A stretch of DNA of 64,000 bases, from positions 100,628,001 to 100,692,000 of the forward strand of contig NC_087436.1 of assembly GCF_036321535.1 (NCBI RefSeq), in the 5' to 3' direction. This document shows positions 40,550-52,640 of this stretch, one piece after another. Position numbers and translations under genes: made by a program. The DNA comes from Camelus dromedarius (lineage: Eukaryota). The notes under the pieces were generated by a model that searched no databases, was not told where the DNA came from, and worked only from the letters and a program-made list of their open reading frames with translations. The first letter of the stretch is position 1. Every line of letters starts with the position of its first letter.

Positions 40550-40887
40550 TAGTCAGCTCTCCATATCTAGGATTCTACTACTGAGGATTCAGCTGACAAA
40601 GGATAGGAAAAAAAAAATTCCAGAAAGTTCCAAGAAGTAAAACTTGAATTTGCCACACACCAGCAACTATTTACATAGCATTTGCATTGTATTTACAACT
40701 ATTTACACAGAATTTACATTGCCTTAGGTATTATAAGTAATCTAGAGGTGATTTAAAGTATACAGAGGATGTGCGTAGGTTATATGCAAATAGTACACCA
40801 TTTTATATAATGGACTTGAGCAGCCAAGAATTTCAATACTCGTGGGTGTCCTGGAACCAATTCTCTACAGATACCGAGGGACAACTG
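40550..40887 (-). mobile_element. MER2B (TcMar-Tigger MITE)
   Basis: aaagttccaagaagtaaaacttgaatttgcc, taggtattataagtaatctagaggtgatttaaagtata, terminal gataccgagggacaactg followed by ta. Confidence 0.9.
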
Positions 40888-41849
40888 TAAATACTTCCAC
40901 AATCCTCTTAACAGCTTGACCAAGGGAAAAAAAAAAAAGCTAAATCATTTCAGAATTTTTGAAGAGTGATAGGGACACTAATCATTATATGTTTATTACT
41001 ATAAAGAATAAAAAACATATACAGATCAAAGCCATACAATTGAATTTTCACAAAAAAGTTTAGCTTGAAAGGTAGATCAATATTTAAATTCATAAACACC
41101 ACTCTGTTTTATACTCTCAGTGTTAAAATAGCGTTGAAACCTGCTCCAGAATTTAGCTTCCCCATTTGTACAATGGAACAACCTTAATTTGCTATTTAGA
41201 ATAAGTGCTGGGGAAAAGTGTTTAAGCCAACAAAAATCATGTATTAGATGAATATATGAAGCCAAATACAAAGTTACAAAAACATTCTTTTCAAAATAAA
41301 ATGCTAACTTAAATGTATAATTGTATGAGATGCATTTGGGAAGCCTTGCTCAGATTGTATTCAAAATATGATAAAATGTGGCTTACGCCAAGAGGATAAA
41401 GAAAAGTCTCTCCAAACTCTTGTATTTTAGACAACAGCTTGGACCGTCTGCTTATTTGTTACAGATCCACCCAGATCTTACCAAATAAATCTCTTTTAAT
41501 AGCACAGTTTGATAACAGTTCTGACAAAGAAAATGGCCATCAGCAAACTACAGGCTGCCAAAGAAAACTGCATTGTTATGAAGTATTGGCCAAATGTACG
41601 GGCTCTCAAAAAAAAGCTATTAATTGGTCTCAGATGTCTATTTATTTTTTAATGCTAAAATTAACCATTTAATTAACCTATTTTATTAAAATAGAACATT
41701 TATATAATAGGTTCAGCTTAAGCCTTGGGATTTTCTGCATTTGAGTGCTGACTTTCTTTTTAGTAAGCAGGCTCAAGGTTATTTCGCTATATCTGGATTC
41801 ATTCAAACTTCAGCGAACCCAGATTTCTCTCTGAGTTCCAACCTCAAGA

Positions 41850-41925
41850 ATTGATTGATTCAACAAATATCCACAGACAGTTGCTATGAGCCAGGCATGA
41901 TGCTAGGCACAGAGACACAATAAGG
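41850..41925 (-). mobile_element. L2 3' tail
   Basis: ttgattcaacaaatat...ctatgagccaggcatgatgctaggcacagagacaca. Confidence 0.75.
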
Positions 41926-42090
41926 CTCTCAGCAGCTGTCTGGGAACATTCATTCTATAAACAATCCTAGAGTAATGCATTCCAATGATCAATGTATTTT
42001 GAGAAATGTATATTCTACCACATCCCCAGATACTCAGAGTCTATTTTTAAATTTTTGAAAGCATTGCAAAATCTTATCTTTGAAAACAAA

Positions 42091-42955
42091 ACCACACCTA
42101 TTAGAATGGTGAAACTCTAAAACATTGACAGCACCGAATGCTAGACTCTCATTCATTACCGGTGGAAATGCAAAGTGGTAGAGCCATTTTAGAAGACCGT
42201 TTGGCAGTTTCTTACAAAACTAAACATAGTCTTACCATACAATCCAGCAATTGCACTCCTTGGTATTTACCCAAATGAGTTGAAACTTATGTCCACACAA
42301 AAACCTGCGCATACATGTTTATAGCAGCTTTATTCATTATTGCCAAAGCTTGGAAGCAACCAAGATATCCTCTAGTAGATGAATGGATAAATATACCATG
42401 GTACATCCAGACAATAAAATATTATTCAGAGGGCTAAAAAGAAATGAGCTATCAAGGTATAAAAAGATATAGAGGAAACTCAAACACATATCACTAAGTG
42501 GAAGAAGCCGATCTGAAAAGCCTACATACTGTATGATTCCAACTGTATGACATTCTATAAAAGACAAACTATGAAGACAGTAATTAAATTAGTGGTTACC
42601 AGGAGTTAGGAGGGAGGAAGGGATAAACAGATAGAGCACAGAGGACTTTTTAGGGCAGGGAAACTACTCTGTATGGTACTATAATTGTGGACACATGTCA
42701 TTTTACATTTGTTTAAACCTACAGAATATACAACACCAAGAGTGAACCCTAATGTTATTTATGGACTTTGGGTAATATGTCAATGTAGGTTCATCAGCTG
42801 TAACAAATGTCCCACTCTGGGGGAGGGGGAAGATATTGAGTGGAGGAGGTGGTACTGTGTACGGGTAGGAGGTACATGAGAAATCTCTGTATCTTCTGCT
42901 CAATTTCACTCTGAACCTAAAGCTGCTGTAAAAAATAAAATCTATTAAAAAAAAA
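42091..42955 (+). mobile_element. L1MC1-like 3' end (ORF2 end, 3' UTR, poly-A)
   Basis: ccagcaattgcactccttggtatttacccaaatgagttgaaac; caacaccaagagtgaaccctaatg; aataaaatctattaaaaaaaaa. Confidence 0.92.
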
Positions 42956-43358
42956 CTGATCTCACTTGATTATATGATTTATATGCCAAGAAATTATTAC
43001 TGCTTCTTCATGGAACTAATAACCTTAATAACACATTTCAGTAACACTTAGTCCATATGATACAAAAATGAATCACAATTTGGAAAGATAATTAAAGCAC
43101 TCAGAAATTTCAGGTTCCAAAACAACCCACAAAAAAACAAAGGCTACTATGGCCATTTTGGTAAGCTGATTAAATCAAGTGACGTATTTGGCCTTGTACT
43201 CTCTGTAGATAACTTACTAATTATCTCTTGACTCATATTTTAAGCAAAAATACAATTTTAACCAACAGCATTTTTATGTATAGTCAAGATTTGCATCAAT
43301 ATGATAATAATCTCCATCAATTCATTTATTTAACAAATTTTTTTTTTTAATTACAAAA

Positions 43359-43579
43359 TCTGTGTTGGCAGACTTTTTCTGTAAAGGGCAAAAAAGTAAG
43401 TATGTTAAGCCCTTACAGGCTACAAGTCCTCTGTCACGGCTACTTCCTTCTGCCTTGTAGTGCAAGAAGCAATCACAGGCAAACATAAATGAATGGCTGT
43501 GGCTTATGCCAATAAAACTTTATTTACAAAAACAGGTGGCAAGAAAATTAGGCCCAAGGGGCTTTAGTTTAGACTCCTG
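43359..43579 (+). mobile_element. MER58A (hAT-Charlie MITE)
   Basis: ggcagactttttctgtaaaggg...ccaataaaactttatttacaaaaacaggtggc...gactcctg. Confidence 0.88.
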
Positions 43580-44358
43580 GTTCAGACGACAGGGATACAA
43601 ATTTTCAAGTTCCTGCCTTTAGGATTTTAGAGTCTCATGAAGAAAGTATATGTTGTATTTCATTCTTTGAACTGCTGTGTTATGGAACAGTAAAAGAGGA
43701 AGAGTTGACCAAAGGGAGAAAATGCCGACCAAGATATTTTTCTCATGCTTCCTGGATGAAGAATGGCTTATCATAGTGAAGGTTGCTATTTTCTTAAATA
43801 TTTGGCTGCTCAAAAGAAGATCTGTCCTTTTCTTTGCATATTATTCTGGAACGGATGGAACTGCAGGTGATATTCATTAAGAACTCACCCACTCGCCTCC
43901 TGCTTTTTTTAACAACTTATGGTGGAGATACTTTGGAAGACGTGATGGAAGGCCATGTGGGAGAGTCCGTAATTACCTTCAGCTGAGGACACCCACCACA
44001 GAAAGGCAAAACCCCCTACTGAAAAGCAACAAAGCTGCAAAATAGAACAAGCAACAATGAGGCCTCGAAGTGGGACAACAGTAAGAAGGGAGAGCAGCGG
44101 ACACACTCCAGGGGAAGACTGGAGAGATTACAGCATGTCCTACCTCAAGTGTCTAAGCTGGGGAGATACTGAGGTCATCTCTTCCAAGACTTGGCCTTGC
44201 TAATTTCCTTAGAGACCATTGCCTGTGGATTTCATAGGGTCAATGGTCCAAAAATGCTGGGGTCAGATGACCTGTCCAGAATAGAGTACATAATTGGCTG
44301 AAGATCTGAACAGGAGTCAGAGCAGCATATCTTTCAACAAGAATCTGTGGAGCACTGT

Positions 44359-44822
44359 TGAGATGGTTAATTCTGTGTGTCAGCATGGCTGGGCTAAGGG
44401 GTGCCTAGGTAGCTAGTAAAACATCATTTATGGATGTGTCTGTGAAGGAAGGTTTTCTGGAAAAGATCAGCATTTGAGTAAGAAGACCGAGTAAAAAAGA
44501 CTGCCTTACCAATGTTAGTGAGCAAATTACAATTTGTTGAGGGCCTGATAGAACCAAAAAAATGAATTTGCTCTTTTTTTTACTTGAACTGGAATATCCT
44601 TCTTCTCTTGCCCACGGACATCAGCACTCCTGATTCTCCAGCCTTTGGGTTTGGAGCGGAATTACACCCCTGGCTTTCCTAGGCCTCCAGCTTGCAGACA
44701 GCCGGACATGGGACTCCTCAGCCTCCACACTCATGTAAGCCAGCCCCTCATAATAAATGTGTTTCTGTTATATCTGTATATGACTTATTGGTCTGTTTCT
44801 TTGGAGAATCCTGACTGATAAA
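44359..44822 (+). mobile_element. MLT2B-like solo LTR (ERVL)
   Basis: tgagatggttaattctgtgtgtca...ctccagcttgcagacag...ggagaatcctgactgata; 5-bp TSD actgt/actgg. Confidence 0.9.
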
Positions 44823-44918
44823 ACTGGCTACGTTTATATGTCAGTAGTAGTTGCTGTGGGGAATTTAAAAAAGGGTAAATAATTTAATTTCTGAATCTTT
44901 AAGTTGGGGATATAAGAT

Positions 44919-44974
44919 TAGCTAGCTAGCTAGCTAGCTAGCTAGATAGATGGATAGATAGCTAGATAGATAGA
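44919..44974. repeat. (TAGC)6 followed by (TAGA)n tetranucleotide repeat
   Basis: direct reading. Confidence 0.95.
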
Positions 44975-46643
44975 AATATTACATACTTATTAACATACAC
45001 AGAGTGAGCAGTTAAAGAACATAACCCACAAAACCCATCTTCTACAAACTGTTTTCAAAAATAATGATACAATTCAAATCAAAGAGAAGAGAAAATTTAA
45101 GTAACATTTTAGTATTTTTTTGAAAGTTCAATTGACAATTAAGTTTGAAAAGGAAAATATTTAAAAGTATTCAGCTCAGTTGGGAATTAAGGAACAGAAA
45201 TGAGAATGAAAAAACACCTCATCATTCTGAGTTCAGGAACCTCCTGTTCTCATATTTCACTAATTTATTTATTATGTTATGCCCGATAAACCCCTAAACT
45301 TCACTTCTTTGTGCTCATTCTCTGGTTTCCTGCCCCAGGCATGTTGAATGCCTTACTAGTTTTACCACCATCTAGTGGTAAGGCCAGGTGATTGCAAGTA
45401 AACTCTGAATAGAAAGTGGCAGGTGAAGGGATGCATTCGGTTTCCACTTTGTGACAAAATAACTGATGTAAGATCTTAGTACACTGTAAAGGCAGACATA
45501 ATATCTTATAAGGGAGAGGTTTAAAATAAAAGTTTTAGGACAGTTTTTAATTTTTAAAATATTGATCATTTATATCTTCCAATGCCTTTTGAAATAAGAA
45601 TACCTTTAAAACTGCTTTATGTTTGCTTGGTCTGAACCACAGGAGGTGTCTTTCTCTAGAAGGAGATGAAGAGAGTAATCTCACTCCATCTGTGGTCAGA
45701 TTGTGAGGAGACGGAACATAAGAAGCAGAACAAACCAAAGGCAAAGCTGGAGTTTTGAACCGGATTGCAAAAGTTTATCAAAAATCAGTGACTTTTGCTA
45801 ATAGGAACGAAGCCAACATTGTTCTGTAGTTTTTAAGAGGAATTTTTAGTGAACATAATCAAGCAGGATGCCAGAGGGTGTCCTATAACTTACATGGCCA
45901 TGGATACTATTAATTTTAGAAGAATTTTTTTTAATTTAAGAATGAACATAGTTATAAGAGAGAGATACGGCAGATTTTTTTTTTTTTTTGAGACTAAAAG
46001 CTTTAATATTCACCTGAAGAAGTAGATGATGATAAAGTCCTTCAAGAAACACTGCAGGAACAGGATGATCTTATGTTAGTATCTCTCTTCTGGCAAAACA
46101 GAGTCAAGACAGCAGGTATTAAGGTTTCATATGCACAGTAATACTGAGTATAAGTTCATTGATAGAACTCTGTTACCTACAAAAAAAAACTTATTAAGAT
46201 GGAAAACAGCATTATTATAAATGAATTAATTAATATGTATGCAAAACACAAATACCTAAAACGGAAGCTCTGGAAAACACATTAAAATTATTTAATCTAG
46301 CTCTCTCGGTTTTCAAATTAAAAACAATAACAACAACAAAAGAGCTAGACTACATACCTTTTTCAATTCTCAACAATTTGACCCAGATCAAAGGTATGAG
46401 ACTTGGCAAACCAAATATCAATTCATTACTGTTCTGTCTATGTCCCTATTCATCTCTATATGGTTCTTGCCAGTGTTTTGTTGCAGTTGGTTTTGGAAAT
46501 AACCCAGATGCCAGTTGTTTTCACATCTTTACGCTCCTTCATCTGTTGCATCTGTGTTTGTAACCACTTCTGCCTAGATAGAGTGCAACAATTCTTTGAG
46601 TTGTCTTAGGAGAACTTACACAAACAAAAATATTAATGAGAAA

Positions 46644-47030
46644 CATTCACTGCATCCATTCTGTTAAAAAATATGTACTAAGTACCAAGTGCTGTGTTAG
46701 GTGCTAAGGAATAAATAATAATAATAATAATAAAAGGTACAGGCTTTCCCCTGATGATTATAATACAGTGGAGGAGAAAGACTGATAGAATAATCAGGAA
46801 ATAAAACCCATAAATAAAACATTACTTCAGTGGAGAAGTACACACATTTTCAATGAGGAGAATTAATGCTGTCAGAGAAAGCAATGAATGATTCCCTGAG
46901 AAATGAAGATTAAGCTGCAGTCAAGGAAAGTGTGAGTTAATTTTAAGAAAGAGTTGATGTATATGCAAACAAAACACGTAGTTTGATTGGAGAACTAAAA
47001 GTAGACTTAGAGACAGTGAGCAAGTATGAG
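46644..47030 (-). mobile_element. L2a 3' portion
   Basis: aaatatgtactaagtaccaagtgctgtgttaggtgctaagga...ttccctgagaaatgaagattaagctg. Confidence 0.7.
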
Positions 47031-47034
47031 TTAT

Positions 47035-47170
47035 TAAGTGCAGTGTATTCTTCATGGAATATTATATAGCAGTCAAAATAAATGATCGGTAGCTACATCC
47101 AGGAATATGAATGGGTTTTAGCAATGTATTACTCAGTGGAAAAATTATTTCCATATTATGTAATACATTA
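47035..47170 (+). mobile_element. L1ME-type 3' fragment
   Basis: atggaatattatatagcagtcaaaataaatga...ctacat...tgaatg. Confidence 0.65.
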
Positions 47171-47189
47171 CTGGCAATATTTATGTAGA

Positions 47190-47320
47190 AGCTTCAATTT
47201 TCTCATCTTTAAAATGAGAAACTTTAATAATAACAGTAATAATAATACTAGAAACTAATGTTTATTGCCTAATTACTCCTTTCCAGGCATCATATTAAAC
47301 TCTTAATATGTATTAACTTA
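47190..47320. mobile_element. Two short MIR fragments in opposite orientation
   Basis: gcttcaattttctcatctttaaaatgag (+); ctaatgtttattgcctaattactcctttccaggcatc (-). Confidence 0.55.
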
Positions 47321-48230
47321 AAAGTTTCTTTCAGCTTCAACAACATGTGATCCATTGGTCTCAGCATGATCTCAGATATGACAGATCCTAACAGAGGAGA
47401 ACTTAGAGATACATTATCGTATACCATTAATAATGTGATGCAATTAAATAATATTATCTAAATAATGCCAGGCGAAAAGAGGTTTTAAAGCATCATGATC
47501 ATCATGAAAACAAGAAACATTACTGGAAAGTATTTTAGCAATTTGCCATTTTCTCAGGTAATTTCCAAACCAGTTGAAGACCCAAACCGGTTTAGGACAG
47601 CTTCTACAGTGCGTTTGACTTTGACAGTTTTTCTCTGTGAGACATTCATACACCTGACATTTCATTTGGGGTGACTCCAAGGTGCAGAGTTGGTTGAGTG
47701 AAACTGCAAGCTACAGAGATGCAGAAAAAATATGTTATTAATGGTGTTAGTAAGAAACATCATTTAGAACTTAAAAGCACATTTCTTCTGTGCAGTTCAT
47801 TGGGCTTTACAAATATTTCATTAAGCTGTATTACCCTGCTGTCAGGGAGGAGACCAAGTTGCAAATACTACAGTAAACAGCTATTGAGGGGCTATTCGGA
47901 TAAGAAGAGAACATTGCAATATACAGTTAAACAGAGTGAGAAAATAAATATATCAACTTACATTAGAAGGCTGTGATAAAAAGCTCCATTGGCATTAGAG
48001 TCATTTCAGAACATATGAAGGAAATCCCTGTTTGGCTGTCCCTTAAGGCAATCAAGTGCACAGTGAAACCTGTGCACAATGCCAAGTACGAGTGTGCTTG
48101 AAGAGCCATGCAAAGTGTCTGTCGTAGGATCTAAAACCATCATCTTGCCCACACCTGCCTTCCGAAAGAACTTCAGTGTGTGAAGAGCATTCTGCACAGG
48201 AGTGCCTTATGGAAATGGAAATAACGTTTC

Positions 48231-48760
48231 TGTAAGTCTATCACATGGCTTTTGCTGCATACAAACCACCTTAAGTTTTAGTAGCTCATAAGGTCAAGCA
48301 TAAAGGGGCTCATGGTCTGCAGGTGGGTTGAGGGGGGTCTTCTGATGTAGCCCAGGTTGGCTGTCCAGTGGAGCTCATGCAGGCATCCGCAGTCAACTGT
48401 GGGTGGCCTGGGGTCCCTTGTGCGACCCTCGCGTATGTCTGGGCCCAGGCTGTGGTGTCACCGTCTACTTCGTGCAGTCTCCGTCCTTCAGGACGTGAGC
48501 TTGCCGGTGCTCCCCCGGGACAGCAGAGTTCTTAGAGGGACAGCGGATTTGCAGAAAGCGTCTGGAGGTGCAGGCTTTGGAAGGGGTGCAGTGCCCTTTG
48601 TACCTCACTGCACTGTGCAGGCAGGTCTCATGTCCTGCCCAGACTCAAGGTTTGGGGGAAGAGGCTCTATCTTTTGATAGAAGGAGCTTCAATCCTCACA
48701 CAGTAAAAGCCTGAGTCTATGTAAAGAATGAATTTATGGCCACTTCTAAAATCTACCACA
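48231..48760 (-). mobile_element. MLT1H-like solo LTR (MaLR)
   Basis: ttgctgcatacaaaccacc start; gcccagactcaagg...tcttttgatagaaggagct...tggccacttctaaaatctaccaca end. Confidence 0.8.
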
Positions 48761-49293
48761 GTGGCAGGGTAGACATGTGTCCTGATTTTGGCAATCATTT
48801 TTAATCAGAAGTCCTTTGTTCGGGGAATTTACCGCTTTATCAGTACTACTTTCATGGGGAAAAAAAAAAAAAGCCAGAACTTGAGAACTTGTTTTCCCAG
48901 CTTCCCTTCAACTCACTCATGTGACTGATGTGATTCTGTGATGTGGCGAAGACTTAATGAATCAGATGCACCTCCGTGAGGTTTTATTCACTCAGAGAAG
49001 AGACTATGAATAATTCATTCTCGGATGAAGGCTGGTAGAGCACAGCAGAGGGACAGATGGCAGGGCTCCCCTTGGTGGCCTCCCACGTGATCTGCATGGT
49101 CCCTGTCTGTGTCACAAACTGCGGGATCTCTGAAGGGTGCCCCAGGGCAGGCACAGGTCCTGGCTGCCCAGCCTCTAAGCCAGATTCCCCTGCCCTCACG
49201 GAGAGCTGGAGAATTACTACCATCCTTAAATAAAATCCTTAAATGAGCCAGAGCGGCTTCTATGAATGAAAATTAACAGTCCTGATTGATAGA
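48761..49293 (+). mobile_element. LTR33-like solo LTR (ERVL)
   Basis: ttttcccagcttccctt...catgtgac...aatcagatgcacct; cctgccctc...aataaaatcc...agccagag...cctgattgata. Confidence 0.75.
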
Positions 49294-49599
49294 GTACGAA
49301 CACTGAGTATATCTTCTCATTTCTAAAATGGACATAATAATATCCCTGGAGAAACTATCTGGCTCATAGTTAGCACTTCATAAACGATAGCTTCTGTCGT
49401 ATGATGCTCTCTAAATATTTTCACAAAACAAATTCTGTGTCTTTTCTCGATAACTCATACAGCACCACACAACACTGGTGAGTTTTATTTTATTTTAAAC
49501 TTCAGTGTAAGGCTTACAATTAATTTCTCTTTATAATCCAAATAGTTCAACTTACTTTGGCCTTATTTTTTCTAGACAGAAGATAACAAAGCTGCCCTG

Positions 49600-49830
49600 C
49601 ACAGTAGAAAGGTCTTTGAAAAGCAGAACAGAAAGTGAGGGTTTGAGCTCACGCCTGTCCTATGCAAGATCTATGCAGGTCTCCCGTCCACTTGGCTCCT
49701 ACTTCATTCACACACTTGGGAAAGTGGCTGCTTTGTTTACCTCAAGAATTATTCTGAGACTCATATGAAATATTGGAAGTATAAAGACTTTGAAACTATG
49801 AAGTGCTATGTAAACACAAGCTAGTACTAC
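49600..49830 (+). mobile_element. MIR (MIRc/MIR3-like)
   Basis: tacctcaagaattattctgagactcatatgaaata...aaagactttgaaactatgaagtgctatgtaaa. Confidence 0.65.
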
Positions 49831-50165
49831 TTTTTAAATAAGAATTTCTCAACCTCTCCATCTGTGGTATAAACAAATACAAATTTTTAAACATTTAATA
49901 TATTCTCAAAATGTATCTCTACTCTGAGCCTCCCCTAACATCTGTTTGTATGTATCCTCAATCCAGATTTAATTTAGATTGGTCTTTTCATGTTTTGGAT
50001 TGAAAATCTTGACAGTAAAATCCTGCAAAGGAAATGGAGTTTACGGCACCAGAGGAAGGCTGTCTTCTAAGCCTGATTTCAGACAAAATACCACTTTTCT
50101 TTCCAGCGCCCGGTATACTGACCAACACAAAGTAGGTCATAAATTATTTTAAAGTGATAATTGCA

Positions 50166-50310
50166 GGGAGGATATAGCTCAGTGGTAGAGTGTGTGCTTA
50201 GCATGCAGGAGGTTCTGGGTTCTAATCCCCAGTATACATGCAAATACATTAACAAACAAATCAATCTAATCACCTCCCTCCTCCACAAAACAAACAAACA
50301 AACAAACAAA
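50166..50310 (+). mobile_element. Camelid tRNA-Ala-derived SINE (Vic-1 type)
   Basis: gggaggatatagctcagtggtagag (A box)...ggttctaatcccc (B-box-like), ctaatcacctccc tail, (CAAA)n; partial TSD aaagtgat on both sides after a tttt/aa site. Confidence 0.9.
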
Positions 50311-51204
50311 AAGTGATGATGATGGCTACTAACAAGACTGAATAATACAGGAAATTTACTGTGGAATACAGTCTTATAAAATAACCATTTCATGGTTCTG
50401 ACACACCATATGTTCCTTAAGCATATGCTAGGGTTTTTCTCTTTAAAATTTTGACCTAAATCTTTTGTCTATCGCCAATATGATCCCTTTGTTCCTTTCT
50501 CAGAGGATTTGTGCAGACTACTTTACAGTTTTTATTTCTGACATTTTTAAATTATTATTTTCTTTTAGATGCTACATGGCAAAAAAGATTCACCTAAACA
50601 ATAGTAATTATACAAAGGCAATAGTAATTATACAAAGTTGACAACAAAAAGAGCCATTAAATTATGTAGTATAGCTAAAATTGAATTTAAAAACGGATTG
50701 CATAAAGGAATACAGCCAATTATTAAAAAAAAGCATAATATAATGTCAAAAACCAAAAAAAAAGAGAAATATAAATGGTAAATAATTCATCAAAAGTGAC
50801 ACCTTAAATTAAGTACAAGGCAAGTGAGAATTTAAAGTTTGCCTGCTTATTTCACTGAAAGGCTAGTTAAATTCTTGAAAAATAGTAAACTTTCCATTTC
50901 TTTCTTGTTTTTATCTTCTCATAAAGGTTTGCTTTTTTTCTCTAACATTTTTGTCCATGAAATCTAAAAGTTCTTGTTTTCTTTTCAGTTTAGAAATTAC
51001 CCCTTCCCAACCTTAAGTGGATCTTCAATCCAGTAATTTCTGTCTCTACACCAAAACCTCAGATCCTTCAGAGGCCTCTCATATGTGTTAAAAAGGTATC
51101 CAGCTCTGTGTGAAAACTTCAGGTGCTTTTAGGAGCTCACCTTGCCCATGGTTAACCCGTCATTCTCCTCACTCATCAGCTTCACTAATTACAGGGACCT
51201 TTAT

Positions 51205-51710
51205 TCAGCGCCACTGCATATGCCAAGACCTTTCGTAATCTGATCCTGGTGTACCTCTCCAGCGGAATTTCATTCTGTTCTCCACCTTGCTCAGTATATT
51301 CCAGCCACTCTGACTTCCATTCTGTTTCTTGGCCATATGAAGACTCTTCTCACCTCTCAGGGCCTGAGGTTTATTATTCTCTCTGCCTGAAACCATCTTT
51401 GCCCCCTTCCCATCAGATGAACGGTTTCTTCTCAACCCCCAGTCTCAGCTCACATGTCGCATACTCAAGAGCTCCTGTTCTTGACCACTCTGCCTAACTC
51501 ACATTTCCTGTCACTCTCTATCATTTAACTGATTATTTCCTCATAAGTAAGACTGATCTGTCTGCTCATTTGTTACTTGTTTTGTTACCCATCTTCTCCA
51601 AAGAAGTAAGTTTCTGGACAGCAGGGAGTATGTTGTGATTATGGTTGTTACATTCTCAGAGCCTAGAGCAGTGCCAGCACAATAATTATTTCTTAAACAA
51701 ACTAATGAAT
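51205..51710 (+). mobile_element. L2a 3' portion
   Basis: tacctctccagc...ttccagccactctgacttc...ctctcagggcct...cagagcctagagcagtgcc...taatgaat. Confidence 0.85.
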
Positions 51711-52291
51711 CGGTTGCTATCTTTTCCAGTAATTTATATTTTCTTAGTTCTGAGAACAGGTCAGTTCAGTTAAACGTTGTATCTCATTTCAGGGAGTGGT
51801 GATGCATGTGGGCTCTCAAAGCTAGGTCAATGGTGCAAGTAATCAGGTATTTAATTAGAGGCACTTCTATGGGAACAAAAGAAAAGAGAAGGTTAATAAT
51901 TAGAGCAAATATAGTTTTTTAGCCCAGAGGCAATCAATCAAGAAGCTTTCTAGGTGTCAGGGTTGAAGCATATTTTGTAGTTTGAAATGTCTCTGATGAT
52001 GCCATCGGGTATAGGGTAGACTTTTTGAGTGGCTCATATAGCAACAGGTATGAGGACTGTTTATATACGAGCTGTTGTGGCAATTTCTCTGAAGTTTATA
52101 TCAACGTGTCTAACTTCAGTTTGTAGCACTTCAAGGAAAGGGTAGTTTTAGTTTGAGAATTTCTGAATTCTGAAGTAATCAGTTAAGGAGAAAAAGAAAA
52201 TATTTCAGTTGTGCTTATAAAAATATAATTCACCAAATTTCTCTAATTCTTAGAAAAAAATTCCTTATATTTGGGGAAAAAAGTTTTTTAG

Positions 52292-52354
52292 TATTATATT
52301 AAATAACAGTAATATTATATTAAATAATAGTAATATTATATTAAATACTAATAA
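52292..52354. repeat. 21-bp AT-rich tandem repeat, 3 copies
   Basis: tattatattaaataacagtaa / tattatattaaataatagtaa / tattatattaaatactaataa. Confidence 0.9.
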
Positions 52355-52495
52355 TATTTTAAACAAAAGTCATAAAAATTATAATCATATGCATCAGTTC
52401 ATTCAATTCCGTGTAATTCTTGTCTGCTTGAGTCCAGGTTTTCCATTTGTTCTATTGTCCTTGCCTGATTGGAGGTGATAGTGACAGTGATAATT

Positions 52496-52640
52496 TCAAG
52501 AAGCCTGTAAGGTCTTTGTTAAGGTTTGTATGATTTGCCCAGTGAAGTGGGTGCTTTGATCACTGGAGACTGCTGAAGGTATACCCCAAGTGGAAAACAC
52601 ATTTTCTAAGTTTCTTTGCCATTGTGAGGGCATCAGCCTT
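52496..52640 (-). pseudogene. Retroviral integrase core (rve) relic
   Basis: LENVFSTWGIPSAVSSDQSTHFTGQIIQTLTKTLQ matches the FxxxGxPxxIxSDxGxHFTxQ integrase motif. Confidence 0.85.

Noticed and set aside
43619..44110. Cluster of short ORFs, possible processed pseudogene
   Set aside because: No recognisable protein, poly-A tail or TSD
46378..47700. Exon-like minus-strand segments (QKWLQTQMQQMKE...; RKTVKVKRTVEAVLNRFG...)
   Set aside because: Frames close quickly, no recognised homology, no consistent exon chain
50166..50240. tRNA-Ala-like gene
   Set aside because: Degenerate stems and followed by a SINE tail; it is a SINE head
52292..52354. Short direct repeats as a CRISPR-like array
   Set aside because: Head-to-tail AT-rich minisatellite with no spacers, in mammalian DNA
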